A stretch of DNA of 63,510 nucleotides, counting the filler, from Olpidium bornovanus S191 (lineage: Eukaryota > Fungi > Olpidiomycota), in the NCBI GenBank assembly GCA_017911155.1. It is 30 parts of 30 records of this genome, joined end to end, with 100 filler letters (N's around TTAATTAATTAA, not from the genome) between each part and the next. Parts side by side here need not be neighbours in the genome. Positions count along the whole stretch, not along the records: positions 10,634 to 13,191 come from JAEFCI010008151.1; positions 13,292 to 15,771 come from JAEFCI010007191.1; positions 15,872 to 17,018 come from JAEFCI010011835.1; positions 17,119 to 20,715 come from JAEFCI010010312.1; positions 20,816 to 22,669 come from JAEFCI010008690.1; positions 22,770 to 24,202 come from JAEFCI010009591.1; 24 more parts are not named here. The stretch is one strand, 5' to 3'. The position numbers and the translations under genes are program-made. Below, one piece after another: positions 10,634 to 22,808 of this stretch (position 1 is its first letter; each line of letters starts with the position of its first letter). The notes beneath the pieces were generated by a model that was given only the letters and a program-made list of their open reading frames with translations, made no database searches and was not told the DNA's origin.

Positions 10634-11547
10634 CATGAAACAAGAGAAAGCAAACTCATCGTACGAATCGCCGTACGTCAACAACGCGCGGAGAGACAGA
10701 TCTAACGGAGAAAGACAACGCGCGACCGTATCGTATTGAAAAGGTCACTCGCCTTCGACGCAAGCAACAATGTTCCGGCCTCGACGTCCTGCGTGGTAAC
10801 TAGCCCGCGACCCTTTCCCTCGCCAACGTCGGCAGCGACCTCCACCGGCCCGACGAAGTCGACGTGATCATACAGTTTCACGTTCGGACGCCTGCGGGCC
10901 TCGCGCCAAAGTTCTGGGAAATCGTATTCCCCGCGGGACTCGGCCAAGTGGCGCGTCGTCCGCTCAACCTCCTTCGCCGCCTCCGTTGGGTCGCGACTTA
11001 AAGGGCAGGCATTTTTGTACGCGGCCAGTCCTTCGGCGTATCGACGGAGGGCGCACAGGGCTTTGGCCCTCCTGTAGTGGGCTTTGGCCAAAAGCTGCGT
11101 GCGGTTGCCAGCGTCATCGCAGCCTTGCACGCCGGCAAGTGCTTCGGGCCCCTCCCCGGCGAGAAGATTAACGGCCCGTTCGGAGTCCTGCAGAGCGTCG
11201 GCAAAGTTTCCGGCGGCCCAGTTCGCAGCGGAGCGGTTGGAATAAGCGACGGCCAGCTGGTCGGCTACCGCAGCCCCACCGCCGGTTCCCTGGTCGGGGC
11301 CAAGCGACTTTGCCAGCGGCAAGAGCTCGCGGAGGCACTCCGAATAGGCTTCCACGGCAGTTCGGTACTCCCTGCCCCTGAAGGCGCTGTTTCCCTTGAG
11401 CCGGGCGTCCCCCGCGCGCGAGAGAGCGTCGTTGCGCGGCTCACCGCCGGCGGCGGAGTCGAGCTCTGCGGCGGCGGCCATCGCTCTGTCGCGAACGCGG
11501 GGCTGTCCTTCGTCGGGCGTTTGCTGTGCATGCGCACCGGCCAGCAT
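10634..11547 (-). CDS. TPR-repeat + SET-domain protein, N-terminal part
   Basis: TPRs: ARLKGNSAFRGREYRTAVEAYS, AYSNRSAA...FADALQDSERA, KAHYRRAKAL. Then YDFPEL...HVDFVGPVEV...GKGRGLVTTQDVEAGTLLLASKA, the SET N-terminus. Start is at 11481 or 11547. Confidence 0.82.
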
Positions 11548-11729
11548 TGTGCCGAGTGTGGGCAAACGCGGAAGGTCACGTGACGTTGCCTGCCACCGGA
11601 TAAAGCTCCCCCCAAACGCGCGCGCGCTCGCAGCCGAAGCCGTGCAGCCGCAGCCGGGGAGGAACCCCCTCGAACCAACCGGCCTCTTCTCCCCTTCCCT
11701 GGACGCGACGCGACGGAAAGTGACCAACG

Positions 11730-13191
11730 ATGTTCCGGGGGAAGCCGAAATTTTTCCGGCGGCCGCACGCGGCGCCGCTGCCGCCGCCGCCGCCGCCCCC
11801 TTCGCGATCTGCTTGTGCCGGCAGTCCCGTGTTTGCCGTGCAACCGGCCTCCACCCGCAAACGGAGCTTGACCGCCACCCGCCGGACCGGCGGCACGACG
11901 AGGTGGGACGCGCGTTTCAAATCTCAAGCGGCCCTGGGCGCAGCTGTTGCGTCCCGCCGTTGCTATTTTTGGCCGGCTTCGAGTTCAGAATCTCCATCGC
12001 TTGATCCACGGCACTGCGCGAGGCGAAGTTTTGCGGCCCTCCGCGCCCTAGGCGCCGATCACCTCCGCACGCCAGTGGACTACCGGCGCGTCCCGGACCA
12101 ACGTCTGAAGCAGTACCTCCGGCAAGCGGCGGAGAGACTCTTCGAGATGCGGCGGGCAACGACCTTTTCGAGTTTGCTGGATCGAATTTCCTCTGTAGAC
12201 GGGATCCAGTGCGACCGCGTTCTCCCGTACGGAACGGCGGCGGTTTGCGAGCCTGGGACGCTGCCAGCCGGTAATGCGGACGAGGACGGGATACTGCTCG
12301 TTGCGCACGTCTCTGCTCCAGGGTTGGGATCCACCGCACGCAGTGGGAATTGCGTCAATTTAAGTACCGGATTTCTTGTCTTGGACAACACGACCCTCGT
12401 CACCGTTCACCATACATTTGAACAGGCAGGTGTGCTTCCACCTCCAGGGAAAACGCCGGGTCCCGTGCGTTCTCACACTGCCTCTGCTTCCTTAGTTCAA
12501 GCGTTCAAACCACCCACCGGGTTCCCAAAGTACCACAGTCGCTTTGAGCAGCTTTGGTGACGTATATCCCGGTAAGAACTTGCAAGACCCATCTGTGCGT
12601 AGTTCTCGTTCCTCCGCCGTTCGTGTCTCCTTTTGCGATGATGTTTCGTGCGCTGCCAGTGCAGGACGTGGCCACGTCATGGACCGAACACGACATTGTG
12701 GTGTTAAAGCTCGGAAAACCTCTGGCCTTTGCCAACGCTACCGGTACCTGCGAGCGACCTTCGCGCCCATTGCGGCCGTTGCCGGTCTCGCCATTCCCTC
12801 CTCCGGTGAAATCTAACGTTCGGGCGCACATATACCCAGCCGGTTTGTGGATCGACTGCAAAGTGCTGGGATACCGGGATCCGATCGGCTGCAGGGCGGA
12901 GGGTAGCTTTTTTTTTGGTCTTCTCGGGTCGGCGTTCGCGTGCGCTCTGACACCAATCCTTCACCTCACGCGAACCTCTGCAGACCGGCACATATGACTA
13001 CCTCTCGAGGATGGACATATCGCTGGTTGTATCCCCAGGTTGGTTCCAGCTCGTCCAGGTACCATTGCTCTGCATGGCCTAAGTGCGCTGACCTGCAGCA
13101 TCGCGGCCCCAGGCTCCAGCGGTGGTCCTATCCTAGACGAGAGCGGGGGCGTCGTCGGGATTCTACGGGGTAACATCCTTGTCAGATCCAC
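11730..13191 (+). CDS. Trypsin-like (S1/Trypsin_2) serine peptidase, multi-exon, 3' end missing
   Basis: Catalytic triad in order: TTLVTVHH (His), EHDIVVLKL (Asp) and spliced VVSP|GSSGGPILDESGGVVGILRG (Ser). The start and one internal splice junction are uncertain. Confidence 0.78.
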
Positions 13192-13291
13192 NNNNNNNNN
13201 NNNNNNNNNNNNNNNNNNNNNNNNNNNNNNNNNNNTTAATTAATTAANNNNNNNNNNNNNNNNNNNNNNNNNNNNNNNNNNNNNNNNNNNN

Positions 13292-13468
13292 CATGCCCTC
13301 ATACCGCCGCCTGCGCTTCTCGAACGTCACTGACGCGTCGAACGGCAGCACGTGGATCCTCGTGATGGCAGCCGGGAGCGTAATTTCCGACGTTTCTGCT
13401 GATGCATCGTCGGCAAAAACGCGGGTGCCGAATTTTCAGACGGAGCAAGCAGCGGACGGGTGGGCCGG

Positions 13469-13501
<33 letters not shown>

Positions 13502-15499
13502 AAACCGTTCTCTTCGCTGAGCGCAAAGGCACCTTTCAACTCGACGATGGCTTTCGACGGCTCACGCTTGAACGGCGAGGCCGTTTCCATTTCGTGTATG
13601 TACGAGCATACGTTGAACTCCGCCACTTCTTGCGAAAACTAGTTTCCGTAGCGTAAGCCCCGCAAGCGCCCATTTAGTGAATCCGAGCAAATGGCGTCGG
13701 CCAACCGGACGTACTTATCACTAGCCACAAAAAAAAATGACAGATTGATACGTGGAGATGGCGCTCCTGACCCTTCTTCAGCAGCTCCTTATCCTCCGTG
13801 TCGATACCGAAGGCGTAGAAAGGCCCGACGGATACGTCGCTGAAAAAGCCCCATTTCGGCGTCGTGATGCCTGCCTACCACGGGCCAACGATGAACTACG
13901 GTGACCTCTTCGCAACTTTCTGAACGGGCAAGCGACCCATCTAGGGAGGTGGGTTACGAGACCCGCTTCGGATACACCGCGGAGCGGCGTACCTCTTTCA
14001 GCCCTTGTACCGTGGCCATCGTCCTGTTAGGCTTCACGTAGTTCGCCTCCCGAACCTCGTGCGCTATCCCAGTGAGGCGCCACTTGACAAACTCGCGTTT
14101 GTGTATTATCGTGACCTGCCGTTTACGGTTTCGTCAGCAGGAACGCGCGAAGAAGACAACCAGGACACTTATTACAAGTGGCGACCCCCCGAGGATATTC
14201 AACCTTCTCTTGCAACTTCATGTGATAATCGTAATCCGCAACGTTATGGCGACTGTCATAGCGTATGCCGTAGAACGTCAGGAGTCGCCGGTTTCTAAGC
14301 AAATTAGATTCTGCGTCAACGGTACGCGGACCTCACAACGACCTGGATGGATATGGAAGCTGCGAGAATTCTCAGCCGACAATCACGACGGGCGCACCGC
14401 AAGTCTTCCATGTCGAAACGTTTCGACTCGTCCCGCCAAAAGTTAAAAACAAACTCCAGGTCGTCGCGCTCCCTGTGCCGCAGAGCGGACAGGTCAAAAA
14501 GCGTGGCAATAGGATTTTCGGCGTCTGCACCGGTTAGAACACTGTTTTTTACGGCGTTCGCGTTCGAGGGGAGACCGGTGCATACGTCAGGCGGGAGAAA
14601 GAATCAAGTGTTCTGGCGGTCAACTGCTGAGCTTTTGTCGCTTAACGAACCGGATCAGCCCAGCGGCGCGCGTTTTGACGAAATCGTATGTCTTCTCGCG
14701 GAGGAAACAGTTGGAATAAATCTCCAAATACCTCTGAGCGCGTTCTTCGTTTGAATCCGAGCACAAACAACGCCCTTATCAGAGAAAAGAAAACCCTCAT
14801 CTCTCTGCAGCCACCATTACCCGTCGAAACGGCCGGCGGCCGCGGACGCGGAAAAAGCGGTCATCGCTTCCGGATCGCTGAACTCTACGCACCGGCCGGC
14901 CGTTGCCCGCGCAATCTTACCTTCGGTGCCGACTTCTCCGCGGTCGTTCATTAAGGACGAGAGCAGCATCATATGCCGGGCGACAACCGGTGCTTGGTTT
15001 TCGATGAGATAAAACTGCAAGCGCAGACAGTCTGCCGGAGAGCATTTCGACGGACGGACAAGCGGCAAGGACGCTGTAGTCGCCTTACGTTGATCTCCCG
15101 GACAGCCTGCTTTCTCCTCCAGCACCTGCTCATAGTCCGCAGGACATGGCACGTGTCGGCCGCGCCAACGAGCAACACGTTCAGGACGCCGTCGCGGCCG
15201 CAACCGCTGCGCGCAGAGCGACCGCAGATCGCGGGATCGTCCGACGACGCGGCCGGCGGCGACGGAGCTTCGCCAGGGTCGCGAACCTGCAGTTTCTCGA
15301 GATCGCGCTCCGCGACGGCGGCGGCGGCGGCCCCATCGTCGCGGGCGGCCGCGCAGCCGTCGCCGTCACCGCCCCCGGCGGCCGCCGTTGGGACCCGAGT
15401 CGCGGCCGCGGCCCCGGCCCCGGGCAAAGCAAATAGGTCTTCGCAGAAGTCCACGGCGGGGACGAAACTCCACAGCCGGGTTGTTCCAATGCCGTCCAT
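13292..15499 (-). CDS. DNAAF3: Dynein axonemal assembly factor 3 (PF22), 3' end missing
   Basis: MDGIGTTRLWSFVPAVD...VLNVLLVGAADTCHVLRT; FYLIENQAPVVARHMMLL; YLEIYSNCFLR; ERDDLEFVFNFW; RLLTFYGIRYDSRHNVADYDYHMKL; PNRTMA; WGFFSDVSVGPFYAFGIDTED; EVAEFNVCSYIHE. All are collinear with DNAAF3. Confidence 0.88.
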
Positions 15500-15889
15500 G
15501 GCCGGCGGCGGACGACCGCGCGGGGGCGAGGCCTTTCTTTTTGTCCCTCCCAAGCGGCAGGTTTCTGCGCAAGGACAAGGGCGGGGAAAGAACGAAAATA
15601 AAGTGGCAGAAACCGCAGCAGCGGCCGCCTCGCCGGCGATGGCCTCGTTCGTCCGCGAACGCGTTTTTTTTTTTTTTTTTTTTTTTTGTTTCACAGAAAG
15701 AGAAAAATAGTACGGAAGCTGAGCGTGCCCAAAAATAAAAATCGAGAATAATCGAGAATTTGGAAAACATGNNNNNNNNNNNNNNNNNNNNNNNNNNNNN
15801 NNNNNNNNNNNNNNNTTAATTAATTAANNNNNNNNNNNNNNNNNNNNNNNNNNNNNNNNNNNNNNNNNNNNAGAGAGAGGGGGGGGGGG

Positions 15890-15946
<57 letters not shown>

Positions 15947-15954
15947 AAATAAAG

Positions 15955-17018
15955 CCGTCGACGAATTTCGCGAACTCTGCTTCGACTATGGGATAGAGCT
16001 GGACGACGTCCGGGAAATCCCCGCTGTAAACGGCAAGCCCGCAACAACCGAGCTCGCCATCGACATACCGGCCAACAGGTTAGGAGGCCTAGTTTGCCGA
16101 AAAAAGGGCGTCGGCAACGAGGCCGCACGCGGCCGTGTTTTTCGGAAACGCGGAGCAGTCCCCTTCTCCCTGCCCCCGTGGCCGCGCGCGAGTCGCCTGC
16201 GCCACTTGCTACTGGATGCCTGGCTGGCCTCGACGAACTTCCCGCGCGCTCGACGCCCGCGTTCGCGGGTCTGGAAAGCCGTGATGCTGTCGCACGAGCG
16301 TCTCTCGTCCTCTGCTGCTCACTGCACAAATCGCTTGACGATTTAGGTACGACTTGCTTTGCGCAGAGGGAATTGCCAGAGCCCTCAACATTTTCCAAGG
16401 AAGAATTCGAGCGCCCAAATACAAAACGAGTACGCCGGCGAAGCAGATCCGAATTGTCGTTGGGAAAGAGGTTTGGGAACCCTGCCCCTCATCTTGGAAA
16501 CGCTTGAACTGGTATTAATCGTCTCATTATGGATATTTGGCAGACCGCCCGAATTCGCCCTTATGTTGTGGGAGCTGTCCTTCGCGATGTCACGTTCACC
16601 GAGGAAAACTATGACAATTTTATAGATCTTCAGGAAAAGCTTCACGCCAATCTGTGCAGGTGTGTACGTGGCGGTTTCAACGAAATGAGTTGGTTTGTAA
16701 CACTCATTTCCTTCCGCTTGTTGTGATAGGAGGAGAACCCTCGTAGCCATCGGGACGCATGACCTTGACACGATGTCCGATGGCCCCGTGTTGTATGACG
16801 CTTTGAAACCGAAAGACATCAAATTTGTTCCTTTAAACGAAGAAGAGAGCATGGATGGGGAGCTTTTGATGAAGTTCTACGAGGTTAGCGGTTTGTGCAT
16901 GTTACTGCTATTGGTGCCTTTGTTTTGATCAGGAAACCTTACGTGATCGTCGTCCACCGGGAAAACCAGAAACACAGGACGCTGTCAAAGTATTTGCACA
17001 TAATCCGTGACTCGCCCG
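15955..17018 (+). CDS. FRS1: Cytosolic phenylalanyl-tRNA synthetase beta subunit, internal fragment
   Basis: [16 protein letters not shown]; IDIPANR|[16 protein letters not shown]; [36 protein letters not shown]|[13 protein letters not shown]; [10 protein letters not shown]. Confidence 0.96.
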
Positions 17019-18463
17019 NNNNNNNNNNNNNNNNNNNNNNNNNNNNNNNNNNNNNNNNNNNNTTAATTAATTAANNNNNNNNNNNNNNNNNNNNNNNNNN
17101 NNNNNNNNNNNNNNNNNNATTTTCGATATCGACGTTTCGTACCGTTAGGGGGATTCACTCCGACAAAAGTTTTCCCTTGGTTCGAACTTGTCGAAGTCGC
17201 TATCCTTGATCAAGGAGCAACAGGATGAGCCTCCGCATGTTCAAAATGTTGGGAATCTTCCCAGACTAACGCCTGTGTGCTGATCTGGTGGATCTCGGCT
17301 TGGCGTGAAAAAAGGAGAAGATTGAGCAAGAATTCCACTAGATTGAGGAAGCGATCCTTGGGTCTGGGGCTTAGAGGTTAAAGCGCGCGCCAAGATGAGG
17401 AAGGCGCCCGGCAAAAAAAAAAAAGACAGTGACCCCGACGAAAACAAACAAAAACAAAGGGGGAAGTCTCGTAGGTGCAAATAGATCACTAGATCCACGA
17501 TTCCTGGCCCCTCGTCCCTCGTCTCCTATCCCCGACGCTCGTCTTGTCAAACAGATCTCCGGCTGCATATCTCCGGTAGGCGATTCGAAATCTGGCACTT
17601 TCATTATATACCACGAAAACTTTACGCGGGCCCAAAACAGGACTGAAAGTGAACCTTAGATTGCCGCGTGCAATTGGAGTGGACCGGACGTTAGGTTGGA
17701 AGATAATCGTACGTCTGGGTCTTTTGTGCCGTTGGCACGATCATTCTTGCATTAGCCTACCTGCTGTCTGGAGTGCAAAGGCCCACGAGGGGCAACTTGC
17801 CCGGGCAACCGTCGCCACGCAAGCTAGCACGAACTCGCCTCTTCGGCACTCCTGTAGACCGACGCCCCGGCGACGGGTCGTTCCTCTCCCATCGCCGCGC
17901 GTTCCAACCCCGCGCGCACCGACCACCAGGTCCCCCTTCCGATCTGAAGCTGGCCGAGGCCCTGACCGCCCGATGATCCTTCAGCGAGTGACGGTCCAGC
18001 GATACCTCTTCGATAAGCGATGACGGTTTCGCCGATGCGAGAACTCTCGGCTTCCGTTCCGTCCTTTGTTTTTTGGTTCCGCGCACCTCGTTTCTTTTTC
18101 TCAGCCGCACCGACCCGCTGTACGGGAGTACTAATAGTGGGGAGGGGCTATCTAGGGTCTGGCCCCCCCTTTAAGATTCTACCTCAGACGTCTTGTCGCC
18201 GTGGTCATCGTGGCGGAACAAGACTTCGTGCCCACCGGGTTGGTCTATCTGCGGCGTCGATGCTACGAATGCTCCCCGTTCCGGGCCGCAAGGCCCATCG
18301 ACAACCAAAGCGCACGGCGGGCTCCGCCCGCGCCTTGTTCCATGCAGACCATCATCGAAATGGCCGCGGAGACTTTTGCTGCACCACTTCCGTTCCTGCT
18401 CTGGCGATTTCCCGCTGCGGATACGCTCTGCCGCGATCGACGCATTTTCGCGATTGACGCGGG

Positions 18464-18582
<119 letters not shown>

Positions 18583-19012
18583 CCCTTCTTCGCGGTTTCA
18601 AGCCGCACGCAGGGGGCGGTTGGACCCGTCGATTCCGACACGCCTGCCGACGATAAAATGTTTCGCGGTTTTATGTGGGAACCGCAATTCGCGTGGAGTA
18701 GGAGAGAGAGAGAAATAGAGAGGTAGAGAGAGATGCGATGGGGCGGGAGTGGAAACAGCAGAAAACGGAGCGCTGGTGGGGGAGGGGGGGAAAGAAGAGA
18801 TACAAGATGCGGTGGGATTTTCCCTACCGGGCCCTTCACTGGAGGGCGGGCGGGGAGGGCGAGAGTCCTGGTTTTTCATCCCCATTTGGTTGAGGACGAA
18901 GGCGGGGCTGCGGCGGCCCGCCGGCCGCGCCGTTTAGCGGCGGCTTGTTGGCCCCCGCGGGGCGAGGGCGGCCGACCCCCGCGCCGGCCGCGTTGAACGA
19001 ACTGATTAAGGC

Positions 19013-20578
19013 TCACACTCCGGACTTTGCCGGCGGCGGCGCAAACGGGTTTTTACCGGGGCCCGGCGCGCGTCGCTGGCACGACGACGGCGTCTGCACC
19101 TGCGCGGCGGGTCCGCCGGCCCCGAGCCAGGGCGCGGCAGGTCCGCTGGCACCGAGCCGAGGCGTGGCGGCCGCGGGCGCTCTGCCCCCCACCCCAGGCG
19201 GAGGCGACTCTGCCGCGGCGGCGCTGGGCCTCCTGGACGGGTTGGCCGCCGCGCCGGCCCCGGGCTTTTTCGGCGGGAGCGGCGGTGCGTCGCGCCGCGC
19301 GGCGGAGCGGCCGGCGTCGTTGCCGCCGCGTGTTGGCCCGGCCGTTTCCGGAGCTGCCGGCGGCGCCGCCGCCGCCGTGTCCGCGGCGAAGGCGGCCAGG
19401 TTCGCGCTGGACGGCACTTTTGTCGGCTGCATTGGCTGCCACGCCGACTTTTTCGGGTCGTTCAGAAGCCCCATTTGCTCCTGCTGCGCCTGGATGATGT
19501 ACGCCGTCGAAAACGCGCTCGAATCCGTCGGAGCCGACGCGGGCGCCGGCTGGTGTTGGCCAACGCCGCCCTGTCTTATGTGTTGTCCTGCCGCCGGCTG
19601 CGTCGGCTTGACTTCGAAAGGGTTTCGGTTCTGGACATTCTGCGAGAGCAGCGCCCGTGGCTCCGGCTGCGACAAAAACGACTCTTGTATGGGCCGGTCG
19701 TTGAATACGCGTCGCGTAATAAGAAAAAAAAAATTAGTTTCATTTTTTGCCAGACGGACGCAGAACAAAAAAAAAAAAAAAAATATGTAGCACCGAGGTG
19801 GGGAAAAAAATACAAGCGCGACGAAAATATCCGAATTCAGCCAACGGGGTGAGCGGGGAAGGAAGAGGGGAGTGTTCTCACCGTGGATGGAATCGGTCGA
19901 GTCCCACCAGCTTTTCCGTTCCAGAGACGGCGCGGCGTGCGGCAGAGCCCGCGGCAGCGGCGCCGCCGGTACGAGCCCGAGGGTCCGGGGCAGCGCGGGC
20001 GGCTGCGGCTGCGGCTGCGGCGGTGGCGCGGCGGCCAACGCTTCCGAGTCGGACGGCCCTCCGAAGTCGATCAGCGTGTCCACCTTCACCTGCGCCATCC
20101 GCGCCGCGACGCCGAGCTCATCCTTTTTCGCGCGGTAGATCGCCCGCTGCAGCCGGTCCTTGGCTTCCTTGTCGACCACGAGTACGTCCACCTCGAAAAG
20201 GCCCTTCACTGCATTTCCCCCACCGAACCAGTAAAGACGATGTCAGGGATCCACCGCAAAGCAAAAACGCAGCCCGTGCTTTATGTTGTCTTTTCCCCCC
20301 CTCCGTCAACCGCCTCCGTCAACCGCCCTCATTGTAAACCTACCCGGTCGGTGGTCCGATAAATACAGCTCTGCCCTTTGGTATGTGAGTTGGCGTATCT
20401 TTTTTTTTTGTGGAAAAGAGAGGGGTTAGTTACCCAGAAATAGCCATTTTATTTAGCCGCACAACTTTCAAACCCCGTTTCCCCTCGTGTGTCATTTTCG
20501 ACAATGAACTTGATGTCGCTTACCGCGGGCCCTCGGAATAAGATGCGATCTGTCCACGCCGGTATTCGCATTTTCTCA
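19013..20578 (-). CDS. Synaptojanin-like inositol polyphosphate 5-phosphatase (Inp51/52/53 family), C-terminal part
   Basis: Exons EKMRIPAWTDRILFRG, YQRAELYLSDHRP and VKGLFEVDVLVVDKEAKDRLQRAIY carry the two C-terminal 5-phosphatase signatures. A Pro-rich tail follows. Confidence 0.9.
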
Positions 20579-20668
20579 CTGGGCCCAACCGGCGTGTAGA
20601 GTGAGAGATGGGGGTTTGTGTCAACATCCCGCTTGTTGGTTCCCCCCCCTTTTTCAATCCCCCGGTTG

Positions 20669-20703
<35 letters not shown>

Positions 20704-21456
20704 AAGAAAAAGAAANNNNNNNNNNNNNNNNNNNNNNNNNNNNNNNNNNNNNNNNNNNNTTAATTAATTAANNNNNNNNNNNNNNNNNNNNNNNNNNNNN
20801 NNNNNNNNNNNNNNNCATGTTTGTGTAAAGACTTGTCTGCAGCACCAATTATTCCGTTTATGCATCTACATTGCATTCAGTGAGCCAAGGTGTTATTCGT
20901 ACGTAAATATTACAATAAAATGTCATTATTACTATTTAACAGTAATATTTATCATAAATGCACCAACCATATTACTGTTTATAAATGCTGTTATATGTAA
21001 CATTTCGTACGGATTAGTGAGAAAGCAGAAATTGCTTATATTGTAATAAAACTATATTCCTTGATATACTTTCCAAATCTGCCTTACAAATCTGCAAAAA
21101 AGCTGTATTGGGATCCGGCAAGGATTTCGACAGGCATTTTGGCACCGGGATTTTTGACAAAGCCCTTCTTTAGAATTTCGAAAAGCGTCTAGGCAGGGAA
21201 CTTGACAAGGATCTTGATGGTGATTTTGCCGGGAATTTTTTCCGCAGGATTCCTAGCTGGAACTTTGACGACAGGGAATTTGACTGGGATTTTGATCTGG
21301 AGTATTTTGATGCGGATACGAGTTAGACGTTTATTACCGCCAGAACCCGACGATAGACAGGATGATTAAGACAAAAAGTATACCTGACACAATAAAAAAA
21401 ATTAACAAAAAAAAAACCCGCCGGCGACCGCAAAAGAAAGAAAAACCCCCAAAAAA

Positions 21457-21845
21457 GAACGCCGGCGGTTGCAACAAAAAAACGAAGAAAAAAGGAAAAA
21501 AAGAGTACGCCAACCGTAACAAAAAAGGGTACGCCGGCGGCCGCTACAAAAAAAAAACTGGTCCGGCACCCAGGTACGCTGGCGGCCCGCTATCCACTTC
21601 CCCCGAATAAATTAAAGTACGCCGGCGCCTTCCTCCCCGATCCTTCTTTTAAGGAACGCCGGCGGTTGCAACAAAAAAAAACGAGGAAAAAAGGAAAAAA
21701 GAGTACGCCGGCAACCGTAACAAAAAGGGTACGCCGGCGGCCGCTACAAAAAAAAACTGGTCCGGCACCCAGGTACGCCGGCGCCCCGCTCTCCCCTTCC
21801 CCCGAATAAATTAAAGTACGCCGGCGCCTTCCTCCCCGATCCTTC
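21457..21845. repeat. Tandem duplication, period about 197 bp, with five (GT)ACGCCGGCG-like motifs per unit
   Basis: Near-identical copies at about 21457-21646 and 21654-21845. The motifs are separated by A tracts. Confidence 0.9.
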
Positions 21846-22491
21846 ATAAAAAAAATAACATACGCTTGCGACAGCAAAAAAAAAAAGCCCTCAGATGGCC
21901 CGGCGGTGCTTGAGGACGCCGGAGAAATATATAAAAAAAGGAATGCGGGGCGAGGAAGGGAAACTTACGCAGCAGAGCGCAGCTCTTTAATGCAAACAGC
22001 AAACAAAGGGCACAAGGTATTGTCACAACGAAGGCGCGCGAACCCTCCAGGAATTCTACACAACTTTTCGCTGCCGGCAAACAGCGGCAATGCAGTGCAT
22101 GCAAATTTTTAAATCGGATGTTCATGGATCGGCTGCGTCACCGGCCGTCCGGCCCCAGCCGCATGCGAGCCGCCTGCCTGTCTGCTCCAAAAACATCAGC
22201 CGCGCCTGTTATCGTCTGCTTCGAGAATATCAGCCGCGCCTGTACCTCCCCGTCTCTGCTCCAAAAAATGTCGTGCGCTCATGCCGCCAGAAGAGGGGGG
22301 TTCGTCATTCGGGCCGTGCGAGGGGTTCGTTTGGCAGCTGCTTATGTCACGCGCCCCCTTCCGCCCGACCGTTGGCCCGCCTCCAGGTTACTTTTGACCG
22401 CTTATCGCCGCCCTCCCTCCCTCCGGGCCCAGCCCGTTTCCCCCGTCCCCGCGGCGATTTCCCCCCGACTTCCCCTCCCCCTCCCCCCTTC

Positions 22492-22544
<53 letters not shown>

Positions 22545-22808
22545 CCCCCCCCCCCCCCCCGCGCCCCCCCCCCCCCCCCCCCCCGGAACCCTCGTGTTAC
22601 CTCAGGTGCAATCCGTACGCCCGGCGCAGCAGCAGGGAGAGGGAGGGGGGGAGGGGGGGAGGGGGGGACNNNNNNNNNNNNNNNNNNNNNNNNNNNNNNN
22701 NNNNNNNNNNNNNTTAATTAATTAANNNNNNNNNNNNNNNNNNNNNNNNNNNNNNNNNNNNNNNNNNNNCCCCCCCCCCCCCCCCCGCCCCCCCCCCCCT
22801 CCCGCGCG

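Noticed and set aside
10735-10760. Possible GC donor (AAG|GCGAGT) in the TPR-SET gene
   Set aside because: It leads to an early stop. A GT donor 4 nt later keeps an open frame.
18340-18460. TAF2/HEAT-like stretch LRIRSAAIDAFSRL on the plus strand
   Set aside because: Too short, and no supporting exons were found.
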